From Chrysemys picta bellii (Eukaryota), in NCBI RefSeq assembly GCF_011386835.1, contig NC_088805.1, positions 28,892,001 through 28,956,000 on the forward strand: 64,000 nt of DNA. The letters run 5' to 3'. Positions 38,836-51,590 of the stretch are shown here, piece by piece. Within the stretch, counting starts at the first letter, position 1; each line of letters begins with the position of its first letter. Both the position numbers and the translations under genes were made by a program. The notes beneath the pieces are model-generated. The model saw only the letters and a list, made by a program, of their open reading frames with translations, had not been told where the DNA came from and did not search any database.

Positions 38836-41371
38836 TTCTTGAAGCATGACTTCATCCACCTTTCTTTACACAGCCTCATGCATACTGATGATGCCCCATA
38901 ATTAGTAATAAAATACAGGTCATTCAGAAGTCAAGCTGCCCAATTCGTTTTCAGAAGTCTAGTGAAACATCATAAACCAGGGAAATAAATAGAAGTTTAT
39001 TTGCATGAGTTCTCTGCCTCTCCATTAGCATCACAGCTTTCTGCAAAATAGTGCCACACACTTCACTTTGAGCTTTGGTTACAAGTAGCTGACTAGGTTA
39101 ATCACTTGTCAAACTACATGCTATAGCATGGGGAGCCCTTCATGTTCCTGGAACATAGGAACATCCATCTGAGCCACTCATGCAGAAGGCAAAAAAGTGA
39201 TGTAATCAGAGGTAAGAGCTCCATGAAAGAAGCTGTAGTTGAGTTTCCATTGTGCTCTATTACACAAATGTTCAAAACATCGCACTTTTAAACATTACAG
39301 AAGTCAGACAGCTGACTCAACCAGCCTAGAAATTAGCTTGGAGATTCTTCACTGGACTCTTTTTTGTTGGTGTCAAAAGTCATTTCAATAACCTACATGC
39401 CTCCAACATTAGATTTAAAAGTGACCATCACAAATAAAAAGATTACGAAATCCCAGTTTTATTCTAGTGAGAAGCGCTTCTTAGCCTATAAGCTTTTAGA
39501 CTGCTGGACTGAGCAAAATGGTTGCAGTTTTTCTTTAACATTTTCAGTGTGTGCAAAGTTATAAATTCCACATCTGCTGCAGCACTTCCATTCCATTAAC
39601 AAAGTGACTGTTTTTTCCTTTGTTTCTGTAGCAATGGCCCTCTGCAACAATTCTCCTTGTCCTCACTAGCAATAACGTCTCAAATTCTAAATTGGTCCAA
39701 GAGTTAGGTTAACTTTGGGGTTTTCACCTTCTGCATTATGAGTTACTAGATATCTTTCTGAATCTTACTTCTTGTTTTCAAGCTACATCTTAAGCCCTAC
39801 AGAATAGAGGGGGAGAAAATCACCAAAATTTTTAATATCATTCTGCTTATATTTTGCAATGCAACCAGAGTGGTACATGCCTTCTGATAGAGGCCAATCA
39901 ACTTGATGTTTCTAAAAGGCTCAACCTCAAAACATCCTTGCAGAAGTACAATAAAGAATATTCTGAGCCATTTAATTGATTATGTTCATAACACCCAAGA
40001 GCATACTAGATTTTAACTAAACAGAGAGATATAGATTAATGGTAAACTCTTTGTGTCAGGAACTGAGACATAACCTAAAGGAACGTAACAATCAGTAAGG
40101 ACAGGAGGTGGTGAGAAGGGAAAACAATCACAGCAATCACCACGCAGACTGTCTAAGCAGTGCACGTCCTGACTGTTCAGCTAAGTTTCTAATGTAATAG
40201 ATTATTACTCACTTCTTGTGGGCACTGCAGAAGTGAGGTTAAGGAGGGATTTGAATAAGAGGGTAGCAGCTGGCAGACCAAACTTGGAAACCATTCCGTG
40301 CATGGTGGGGGAGCAAAATCACAGATAAAGGCACAGACGTTGTCTGTTAGAGTACGTCTCACAAAAGAAACAGTTTAAGCCATTATTTTGTAGGAAGAGC
40401 GCCAAAATAGCAAACTTCTCATATCAGGCCGATATTTACATTATGGGTCTGTTGTGCTCAGAATTCGCATTGAAAATTCAGACTGTTACAAAAGGGTATT
40501 ATCCCATGTGTGAAATGGTAAGTAAGTTTTCTTGGTAAGGAAGTTTTCGAGGTTGATAAAAGCTAAGTCATACTATTTATAAATGCTACACAATTATACT
40601 TCAGTTATTATCACCTAAGCATCAAATACAGTATTAATACAAAAGACAAGCAGAATGCCATTCCTTTAAACTATTTAAAGAAGTGTCAACTTTTATATAT
40701 TTTTCTAGTTAAAAAGACAAACATACAAAGAACACAAGAATGTTTAAAGAAAGGGAACTTAGTTTTCCAACAATATACATAAAGTCTCATGATTCTTCTC
40801 CAAATGGAATATTTTTGTTGGTTACATTGATTTTGCTATACAAGACTGAATATAAGAAAAAGCTCCACATATACGCTGCATTTAATGGAAATAGCTAGTG
40901 CGGACAGTTTAAAACAAGCAACTGAAAACTACAGTTCAACAGAGCAAAGAGAAGACTTTTGGAGGCATCAATTATTATTACTAAGGCTTCGAAGACGATA
41001 TATGGGATGAGTTGGCTCCAGAACGCTTTCCCTACAAAATAAATTGCCTAGAAACTGTAAACCAGTTTCTTGTATTGGAGAAATACCTTAACAGACAACT
41101 ATACTTTTTTCCAACAGATTCTCTCAGGCTTGGTCTACACTACAAAGTCAGGTCGACATAGTCAGCTTGTTTCGACCTATTCGTGCATGCGTAACTGCCT
41201 GCATCTTCTGAGAACCTCTACAAAAGTTTATCTACCTCAGTTCAGTTCGGCATCTTCCAAAAGCAGACTGTTTTTATAAAAATGTTTGTATACCACAGAT
41301 GCAAAGTTAAAAATCCCACATGAAGTATTAAAACAAGATTTTCAGTAGATTTTCTACAATACGGTCTACTT

Positions 41372-41891
41372 CAGAGGTGGGCAAACTACAGCCCACGGGA
41401 TCGTCCTGCCCAGCCCGGGGGGCTAGCCCCCGGCTCCTCCCCTGCTGTTCCCCCTCCCCCGCAGCCATGCTGCGCTGCTCCTGCCAGGCTGCGCAGCTTG
41501 CACCCACCCATCTCCCAGGCTTTCCAATAATCCAGTCCTGCCACTCTGAGAGGCATGGTAAGGGGGCGGGGAGCAGTGGAGTTGGATAAGGGGTAGGAGG
41601 TCCTGGGGGGCAGTCAGGGGACAGGGGGTTGGATAGGTGTGGGAGTCAGAGGGCGGGGATCTGGACAGGGAGCAGGGGAGGGGGTTGGATAGGTGGTGGT
41701 CAGGGGACAAGGAGCAGGGGGGTTTGATGGGTTGGGGGCTCTAAGGGGGGCAGTCAGGGGGCAGGAAGTGTGAGGGGGCGGATAGGGAGCGGGGGCCAGG
41801 CTGTTTGGAGAGGCATAGCCTTCCCTGCCCAGCCCTCCATACCATTTTGCAACCCCGATGTGGCCCTCGGGCCAAAAAGTTTGCCACCTCG
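41372..41891. mobile_element. hAT MITE with GC-rich interior
   Basis: Perfect 8-bp TSD gtctactt; TIR CAGAGGTGGGCAAACT. Confidence 0.88.
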
Positions 41892-43119
41892 GTCTACTTA
41901 ATGCTAAACTCCTATCCTTTTAAAGTACACTCCATCCTGTAAATATACAGTGAACATGAGGTCAAAGTTACAGCTCAGTAACTTATATCAGTGTCTTTTT
42001 TATACACCTCTTATATAAAGTAGAACAGTTGATATAAGAGGCACTGAAGAGCCTTCTTCACATAATTGTTGCAAATCACAACCATTTATGTTGTCAACTG
42101 CACTTTCTAGAAAGTATGAAACAAACATCACACTGATAACTGTTTATGAACATTAGTAGCAATCTACAATTAAGAGTTACCTGTAGGTTACAAGTTAGTC
42201 TGTTTGATAATTTAACAGTGTTACATTAAGGCAAAACTAATTTGATGTAGATTTTATTATAAACTTGGACACCACAAAGGATTATGTAATCCTGGAAAAT
42301 ATTTTACACATATAGTGCCCTCCAACCAAGGACTTCCAACTGCTTTAAAACGATAAGTTAAACCTTGAAGTAGCACTGAGAGATAAAATAGGAAATTATC
42401 CTAATTTTGCAGTTGAGAAAAGTGAGGAACAGAGAAATTTAGTAACTTACCTTATATCACACAAATCAACTCTGTCAGGCACTTTACACACAAGACAGCC
42501 CACCTTTCCCTAAAACAGTTACTAACACGATGTACAAAAATGAAAAAGTTACAGGTATTCAATGACATCCAGGGAATGATTACTATATCATGAAATGGTT
42601 ACTATGACAGAGGTGAAGGCTTCTAGTCAACTGAGGTCACTACTAAACGTGTGCATGCACACAAGCACAGAGGACAGTAAGTAAGCTCTTTAGGGTAGAG
42701 AAAGTGGTGGTTTAACGTTGACTCTGGCACAACCAGTCTGCATTTCAAAACAAGCCACCACAATAATATCTAGGAGTTAGCATACACTTAATATTCTCAA
42801 CTAGTTCTGTCCAGGTGGGACAACCATTCTTCTCCCTGCTCTTGGTTTACACATTTTCATGAAACTACTGAAAAGTGAAAATGACTAACCTACTTCATTG
42901 CTTACAATGAAACCTGATAGAGAACAATTGGCATTAATGGTGAAAGGGGAGTTTTCAATCATTTCAGCTTTAATCTGTTCATAAGCAAGGAATTTTTAAA
43001 ATACTTTTAATTTGCATCCCTTTAAAACTGAATATTCAGCACAGTTAGGCAACTGATCAAGATGCTAAAGTACAGACAAAGAGTCTTCTACAATTGTAAC
43101 TCAACTACTCAAAGTAGAC

Positions 43120-43324
43120 TGCAAAAAGAACGAGGAGTACTTGTGGCACCTTAGAGACTAACAAATTAATTTGGGCATAAGCTTTTCTGCGCTAAAACCC
43201 ACTTCATCGGATGCATGAGTATACAGTAGCCCATGAAAGCTTATGCCCAAATTAATTTCTTAGTCTCTAAGGTGCCACAAGTACTCCTCGTTCTTTTTGC
43301 TGATACAAACTAACACGGCTACCT
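43120..43324. mobile_element. Penelope-like (PLE) inverted-repeat remnant with 12-bp TSD
   Basis: 65-bp inverted arms 43121-43185 and 43236-43300 (1 mismatch); ctcaaagtagac on both flanks. Confidence 0.85.
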
Positions 43325-45148
43325 CTCAAAGTAGACCCTGATTTAAAAGACTGTTTTAAATAACTTTATCTGAGGACAAAAATATTGATATTTCCTCACA
43401 ACAAAATTTTCCTTTGGATGGTGCCTCCTGATGAGATTGATGCAGCTGTTTATGATTACAGGAGAGATGCAGAATAACTAAATTTATATTTGGATAAAAC
43501 TGAACCGAACATCAAAATACAATTCGAGAATGTTTGGCTAGCATGCTGTAGTTTGTCAGGTCTGTATACAGTGTCTGTATTTTTTGTAATAGTTTTTTAA
43601 GCGGTTGGATGGAGGATACCAACAGCATGCTATGTCCATATATGCCATATTCCACATATACAGACCCTAAATGAGTATGGCATTTAACACATTTGCCCAT
43701 TTGTAAGAGACACATCTGCTTCTTGTAATGCACCTTTTTGAGAGGTTTTGTTTTTTAAATATTCTTACCGAGAGGCTGCTAATCCCCCACCCAAAACACA
43801 CACAAATCTTTCTTATATAAGGGTAGTTATGGCAATCATTAAGCAAGCAAAGCAAGGAAGCATTCCACCCCACTGTCAAAAGAGAAGCAGGTGCTTGTCC
43901 TTACTAATTTCTACAATTATAAATGTTATGCCTCCAATAACTCAAATGAGCTTTATGGACAAATTTCAACTCCTAAAATCTGACTACCCATGCAAAGCAA
44001 CAGCATGTGCATCTCAAGAATGTATTATGCATGTAAACATTATGGAGTGATAAGTAATAAAAGTGTTAGTGTCAATACATTTTTAGTTTGCATTGTTCTT
44101 TTCACCTTAGATCTTTCCCCCCACTTTGTTCTGTTGACTGGTAATAAAATGAAATCCTGCTTTCAGATGTGTCCCACACCAGTTGTCTAGTATATTTTGT
44201 TTTACTGCTAGTACACAGAACTTGAATAAGAGTAGAACTGCCAAACTGGAATGCAATGCAAGAAGGAAAACTTAAATAGCAAGTGCCCTGAGAGACCAGG
44301 AACTCCAAAATGGAAACATTATGCATGATCCCTCAAGGTGTCAGGAGATCCAGGATACCAGAAAGCCTGCATGAGGGGGAGGAGCAGGTGACAGGGGCAA
44401 GCACAACTAAAGAGTGGAACCCGTTTGAACGATGAAGAACTGGGAGCATCTCTTTGCCCTGAGAATCATACCCAATCATGAAGCAAAGGATGGCAGCTCT
44501 GATATAGGGTCAGGAGTAGGGAGCTTACTGCAGGGAGAGTCTCAGTACCATCAGTGGGCACTGAGAACACCTGACACCTCCCACCAGTGAGAAACGGCTT
44601 TACATTACGAACTTGGATGGCATTTCACGACATGAGCAAGTGTGCTCAAAAACCTCATCTCCTCTGCCTGGCTTAACGTTAATCATCTTCACCTGCATTG
44701 ACTGCCTTGGATACTTTAGGCCGTGCCCCTAGCAGGCGACCCGGCGGGGACGAGCCGCCTACTGCGGTGCCAGCCCCGGGGCTGGAGCAGACTCACCACG
44801 CGGGTCTCAATAAAACGCCTATTTCGAAAATAAAATGGTCACCTCTGTGCCGGCTGCGGGCAGGGCGCCCATTCGCTGGGCCGGGGCCTCCTTCCCCCAC
44901 CCCCGCAGGTGGGGGTTTAGTCCCCTCCTCCCGCAATCGGGACCCGCCCGCCGGCAAAGCGATCCCCGAGCCCCCACCCGGCACCCTCCGGCCCTAGGCC
45001 GCACGCCTGGAGCCCGCCCCCGGCCCCACGAGCGTCCTTCGCGAGCCGGCCTTGGCTCTGCTGCAGCCTCGGCCTGGGAAACCGAGGCCTAGCAGCGGCT
45101 GCTCCTCTGCGGAGCCACCAGCCCCCGAGTCGGCTGCCCCTCCCCGGG

Positions 45149-45965
45149 GCCCCTTCACCCCCCCCCCCGCGATGCCAGGCCCAGCCCCCCGCAGGGCCGG
45201 TGCCCCTTCACCCTCCCCCCCCGCGATGCCAGCCCCAGCCCCCCCGCAGGGCCGGTGCCCCCTCACCCTCCCCCCCCGCGATGCCAGGCCCAGCCCCCCA
45301 CAGGGCCGGTGCCCCTTCACCCCCCCCCGCGATGCCAGGCCCAGCCCCCCGCAGGGCCGGTGCCCCTTCACCCCCCCCCCCGCGATACCAGCCCCAGCCC
45401 CCCGCAGGGCCAGTGCCCCTTCACCCTCCCCCCCCGCGATGCCAGCCCCAGCCCCCCGCAGGGCCGGTGCCCCTTCACCCTCCCCCCCCGCGATGCCAGG
45501 CCCAGCCCCCCCGCAGGGCCGGTGCCCCTTCACCCCCCCGCGATGCCAGGCCCAGCCCCCCGCAGGGCCAGTGCCCCTTCACCCCCCCCCGCGATGCCAG
45601 CCCCAGCCCCCCGCAGGGCCGGTGCCCCTTCACCCTCCCCCCCGCGATGCCAGGCCCAGCCCCCCGCAGGGCCGGTGCCCCTTCACCCTCCCCCCACCGC
45701 GATGCCAGGCCCAGCCCCCCGCAGGGCCGGTGCCCCTTCACCCTCCCCCCAACCCCCACCGCGATGCCAGGCCCAGCCCCCCGCAGGGCCGGTGCCCCTT
45801 CACCCTCCCCCCCCGCGATGCCAGGCCCAGCCCCCCTCCAGGACCGGGTGGCCCTTCACCCCCCCGCGATGCCAGGCCCAGCCCCCCCTCCAGGACCGGG
45901 TGGCCCTTCACCCCCCCCCCCGCGATGCCAGGCCCAGCCCCCCCGGGCCGGGTGCCCCTTCACCC
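45149..45965. repeat. GC-rich minisatellite, about 15 units of about 54 bp, in ATXN2 intron 1
   Basis: Unit gccccttcaccc(t)c(n)gcgatgccaggcccagcc(n)gcagggccggt; 15 gatgcc/gatacc cores counted. Confidence 0.95.
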
Positions 45966-46172
45966 TGCTCGGCATCTCCCGCGGACTAGACCCACCCAAT
46001 CGCTCCGCTCCGCAGCCTGCCATAGGCCGGAGCGGCCTAGCAGGGAAAGGGAATCAGCGCCCGGCCCGCGCCGCGTCCTCTGTCGCCCCCCCTCCCCCCA
46101 GGCCCGGGGGCCGCTGAAGGCCCGCGCGGCAGCGCTGCTCTGAGGCCCGGTCTCCCCGCGCCCCAGACCCAC

Positions 46173-46324
46173 CTGCCCATGTTCTGCCGGCCGCCGCCGC
46201 CGCCTCCTCCCCCCGCTGCTGCCGGGATGCCGGGGCCGCCGCTGCCGCCGCCGCCGGGGGGTTTGCGGTTGTTGCCGGCGGCCTGGGCCGCCGCCTGCTG
46301 CTGCTGCTGCTGCTTGAGGGACAT
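46173..46324 (-). CDS. ATXN2: Ataxin-2 exon 1 (coding part): MSLK-QQQQQQ-AAAQAAGNNRKPPGGG...RQNMG(R)
   Basis: ATG in TTCGCCATGT context, MSLK followed by polyQ as in human ATXN2, donor AG|GTGGGT; 152 nt, ends in phase 2. Confidence 0.93.
46295..46312 (-). repeat. (CAG)6 uninterrupted polyQ tract of ATXN2
   Basis: Plus strand reads (ctg)6. Confidence 0.97.
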
Positions 46325-49300
46325 GGCGAAGGGGCCGGGCCGGGTGCGCGCCGGGGCCTGCTGCGCTCGCTCGCTCGCTGCTCCGGAGCCGCCGCTGTCT
46401 CGGCCGGTTGCTCCCAAACAGTGTGAGCCGGGCCGGGGAGGGAGGGGGAGCGCGCGGGCAGCGGGGCGCGGAGGGATCCGGCGGGGGGAGGGGAGGCGCG
46501 CTGCGTACCTGCCCGCCCAGCCCTGCCCGCCGCCTGACAGCGCCCCGCCGGGCGGCCGCGCCCAGCCCCGCGGCCCGCGGGACCCGGCCGGGGGCGTTCG
46601 GGAGCCCGGCTCCGCTCCGCTCCGCCGCCGGGAGCCTCTCCGCGGCCGGACTCTTTACGGGAAGTCGGAAGGGTCTGAGCGGGGATGCGGCAGGTGAAGG
46701 GGCGGCCGGGGAGCGAGCGCCGGCCGGGACACGTGAGGCGGCCGGGGACGGGCCCAGGGACACCGGCCTCACCCCACCCTCTGCGGGGAGGTGGCGCCGC
46801 ACGGCCGCGCCGGCACCAACGCCACAGGGCGGGCTCCCGGCCTGGGAGATGCTGCGTCCCGCCTGGCTGCGCTGGCTCCTTCCCTGCCGGGCGGTGCGGC
46901 CGGCCCAGCCCCAGCGCTCTTCCGCGCCGCTGGAGGGGAGCTCGGCCCGGCCCGACCTCCAGCTGCGCCGGGCAAGTGGAGGCAGCTGCACGGGCTCCTA
47001 CCACCGCTCTGCGGTGGGGCGCTGGGCCCCCAACAGCTCTCCCTGCTCCAGGGACAAACCCTGCTTCAGGGCAGCTGAGCGCTCAGTGGAGCCCCCTGGG
47101 AGTTACCCGGGAGCCTGGCACCACAAAGCTGCTCTCTGCCAAGTTACCTCCCCTGCTCCCCAGCTTACTGTCCACTCCTCTCCGCTGCTGTCTGCTGCCG
47201 CTCTGGGTAACTTTTTGGGTTGTAGCTGTTTGGGGCCCACTCCCACAACAGGATCCGCTAGCAGCGACTTCTGCACGCTCCTGGGACCTGGCAGACTTCA
47301 CTGAGGCAGAGCAGGCCCCTGATTGTAGGCTTAGGGCATTAGATTGTAAAAAAAAAAAAAAGTTGTGGGGCACAGACCTCCAGGTTTGTAATGCACAGTG
47401 TGCAGAGGGGGCTGTGTGTTATTTCAAGTTTATGAAAATGATATGCCCCTCCTCCCATAAATTAACAAATGTTAAAGGACTGCTAATAGATCAAAAATTA
47501 TGGGAACTGGTGGTTAACAATTGTATTGTGCTTTACATCTTCAAATCACCTTTGCAAACATTCTTAACACTCCTGTGAGGAAGATAAATATTCCTGTTTT
47601 ACCCAAGGAAAACTGAGACGGAGGTTAAGCCTTTTACTAGTTCTAGATACATAATTGACCTCAGTTAACATTTTTTACATTTGAAATTTAAAAATCTTTG
47701 CTTCCCTCTTTGTTGGAGAACATAGGCATGCAGTTGACCCCAGAGCTGTAACATTCCCTAATCTCTCTAAAGTTTAGAAAACCATTTCCTTCCTCTGGAG
47801 GAGGAAGTGAGGCAGCTCAGTTGTGTATGACATCACTCTTCAGATCCTCCACCAGAGAAGGAAATAAGGATCTAACATTTATATAAAAGACATTTAAAAA
47901 AAAAAAAAAACCTCAAGCCTGTCTGCATCACAGAAAAGTAGTAAAGGAACAAATCGGATAAAGTTTGGCTTTGCATTTCACCTTTAAAAAGACTTATCCA
48001 AGGCTACACTGAGTTTTTTAATTTCAGTCCACTTAACCAAATTGCCCTAGCGACCAAACAAAAAAACAACCTCAAATCATATATGCAAACTTCTAAACAA
48101 GTAGTTGAGAATTTTCTGAGGAATCAGTGGCCCTTTAAATGTAGATTTATCACATAACATCAGTAACTGATTACAGCATTAGTTTTGAATTTAAACAGCT
48201 GAAATGGATCCCACAGGGTTATCACATTGTTTTGCCAACTCCCTCAGTACTTAAGATTCCTAATTTCTTAAAAATGCAATTTAAGACATTCAAAGAAAAA
48301 CTTTACACAATTAATGTTGGATTGCCGTAATTGGCAGAAGCCAGAACATACTGTAAGTGCTGAAATGCCAACAAACCCTGGTTGCAAGATATTTTATTAA
48401 TGTATAGTGTTGAATATCATCCAATTTTAAGCACTGAGTTTTAACTTTAGCGCTCTTTGAGGTGTTCCTTGTACCTGTTACTTTATTCTACTTGTCATTT
48501 CCAGAGGGACCAAAGTGCAACCAATTCATTCTAATATGTAAAAATAAAATCTGGACTGGCCTGCTAAAAGTCTGTCATGTACATAATTAGCATGAGCAGA
48601 TGGAATTTCAAAACCAGGAGAATAAATTGATTTATAACCATGGTTACTCAAAATTCTTGAGGCTAGTCTATTCATAGAAACTCTCTAGGAATCCCAGAGA
48701 ATGTAAGTGTAATAAAAACAAATGATGCTGGTAGGCAGGCATTATTTATACACCTTGCTTGTAAAGCAAGTTTTCCCATAGGTTTAGCGGAGTTGTGGGT
48801 GGTAAAACACAATGGTAAGAAACAGCAATATTTAACAGTTTCTTAAATTAGCATTTCCCCCACATTTGTGCACTTTTGGCTGCTAAGTTTCTTGTTTTGT
48901 TTTATCTTACAGGCCTGAATAATGATGTGGTGACACATTATTGGCTGGGTGACAGTAGATGCCAACTGAAGTGGACACAGAAGAAAGAATTCTTTATATT
49001 TAATTGGAAATGCTTGCACTGTGAGGAGCCAGAAATGTAAAGCTCTCTTTTTTCTCCCCTTTTTAGTAAATTTTGTGGCCAACTAGTGATTTCATAACCA
49101 CAGGAATTGAAAGCCATGGACATCAAGTATTCATGCAGTTCGTGGAAGAGACTTCTGTGTGCACAGAGTTGGAGACCGCTAAAGTTACCCCTGGCACAGG
49201 TTTCAATGATATTTGCAGGAAAATTAGTCTTATGCCAAAATGCTGTAACCCACCTGGTGCCTGCTGCTAGAGATGATCTTGAGCCTTAAATAATGAAAAA

Positions 49301-49494
49301 GAAATTTTTTCCTTTAAAAGGCAACCTGCATATTTTTATAAAATGAAGCAAGTATCCTGAACACCTAAATTAGACTAAGCTCTTCAGGCCATTGGCTGAA
49401 GAGATCATATGTACAGTTCCTAGTAATATGGTGCTTTAATCACGACAGGGACCTCAACATGCTACTACAATACAAATAATGTAGCAGTTAAGAC

Positions 49495-51590
49495 TCAGAT
49501 TCTAAGGTCAGAAGGGACCATTATGATCATCTAGTCTGACCTCCCGCATGATGCGGGCCACAAAAGCTGACCCACCCACTCCTGGAATAATTCCCTCCCT
49601 TGACTCAGCTGTTGAAGTCCCCAAATCATGATTTAGAGACTTCAAATTGCAGAGAATCCTCCAGCAAGCAACCCCTGCTCCATGCTGCCGAGGAAGGCGA
49701 AAAACCTCCAGGGCCTCTGCCAATCTACCCTGGAGGAAAATTCCTTCCCGACCCCAAATATGGCCATCAGCTGAACCCCGAGCATGCGGGCAAGATTCTC
49801 TAGCCAGACCCTCTGGAAAAAGTTCTCTATAGTAACTTTTAATATCCCATCATTGACCATTGTTACTAATTACCAGCGATGGCACGTCATTGACCTATTG
49901 ACTAAAATCACTTTATCCCATCAAACCATCCCCTCCATAAACTGGTCAAGCTTAATCTTAAAGCCAGAGAGATCTTTCGCCCCCACTGTTTCCCTCGGAA
50001 GGCTGTTCCAAAACTTCACCCCTCTGATGGTTAGAAACCTTTGTCTAATTTCAAGCCTAAACTTCCCGACGGCCAGTTTATATCCATTTGTTCTCGTGTC
50101 CACATTAGTACTGAGTTGAAATAATTCCTCTCCCTCCCTGGTATTTATCCCTCTGATATATTTAAAGAGAGCAATCATATCCCCCCTCAGCCTTCGTTTG
50201 GTTAAGGTAAACAAACTGAGCTCAGAGTCTCCTTTCATGCTACAGATTTTCCATTCCTCGGATCATCCTAGTGGTCCTTCTTTGTACCTGTTCCAGTTTA
50301 ATTTCATCCTTTTTAAACATGGGAGACCAGAACTGCACACAGTACTCCAAATGAGGTCTCACCAGTGCCTTGTATAATGGAACCAGCACCTCCTTATCCC
50401 TACTAGAAATACCTCGCCTAATGCATCCCAAGACCGCATTAGCTTTTTTCACGGCCATGTCACATTGCCGACTCAGTCATCCTGCGATCAACCAGGACTC
50501 AGAGGTCCTTCTCCTCTTCCGTTACCTCCAACTGATGCGTCCCCAGCTTAACTAAAATTCTTGTTAGTCATCCCTAAATGCATAACCTTACACTTCTCAT
50601 TATTAAATTTCATAATATTACTATTACTCCAGTTTACAAGGTCATACAAATCTCCCTGCAGGATATCCCGATCCTTCTCCGAATTGGCAATACCTCCCAA
50701 CTTTGTGTCATCTGCAAACTTTATCAGCCCACTCCTACATTTGGTTCCGAGGTCAATAATAAATAGATTAAATAAAATTGGACCCAAAATCGAACCTTGA
50801 GGAACTCCACTGGTAACCTCCCTCCAATCAGACAGTTCACCTTTCAGTACGACCCACTGCACTCTCCCCTTTAACCAGTTCTTTATCCACCTCTGGATTT
50901 TCATATCTATCCCCATCTTTTCCAATTTAACCAATAATTCCTCATGTGGTACCGTATCAAACGCTTTACTGAAATTGAGGTATATTAGATCCACCACATT
51001 TCCTTTATCTAAAAAAATCTGTTACTTTCTCAAAGAAGGCGATCAGGTTGGTTTGGCACGATCTACCTTTTGTAAAACCGTGTGGTAATTTGTCCCAATT
51101 GGCATTGACCTCAAGGTCCTTAACTTACTTTCTCCTTCAAAATTTTTTCCAAGACCTTGCATATTACAGATGTTAAACTAACAGGCCTGTAGTTACCCTG
51201 GTCACTTTTTTCCCCCTTCTTGGAAATAGGAACCACATTAGCTATTCTCCAGTCAAACGGTACCACCACCGAGTTTACAGATTCATTAAAAATTATCGCT
51301 AACGGGCTTGCAATTTCTCGTGCCAGTTCCTTTAATATTCTCAGATGAAGATCATCCGGTCCGCCCGATTTAGTCCCGTTAAGCTGTTCGAGTTTGGCTT
51401 CTACCTCCGATACGGTAATGTCAACCCCCCCTCCTTTATTCCCATCCATCTCGCTTCCACTATTCCTCAACCCTTCATTAGCCTCATTAAATACCAATGC
51501 AAAATATTCATTTAGATATTGTGCCATGCCTCGATTATCCTTAATCTCCAGTCCATCTACAGTCTTAAGTGGTCCCACTTCTTCTTTTCA
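49495..51590 (-). mobile_element. 5'-truncated CR1 LINE (3' part of ORF2 with RT domain, plus 3' UTR), frameshifted
   Basis: ORF fragments [56 protein letters not shown]; CR1-type 3' end GGTCCCTTCTGACCTTAGAATC; ends approximate. Confidence 0.95.

Larger units (their letters stand above)
44700..47150. promoter_or_regulatory. CpG island / ATXN2 promoter and first exon region
   Basis: Very GC- and CpG-rich block around exon 1 in otherwise AT-rich DNA; boundaries approximate. Confidence 0.9.

Noticed and set aside
42451-42509. 59-nt pseudo-exon with consensus AAG|GTAAGT donor in intron 1
   Set aside because: The donor lies in a MIR-like repeat remnant and the acceptor is weak; such decoys are common.
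45149-45965. CRISPR-like array
   Set aside because: Head-to-tail repeat units without unique spacers, in eukaryotic DNA; it is a minisatellite.
44994-47578. Many long ORFs (180-363 aa) on both strands
   Set aside because: Pro/Gly/Ala/Arg low-complexity translations of the minisatellite and CpG island; stop codons are rare at this GC content. Only the ATXN2 exon 1 frame is supported.
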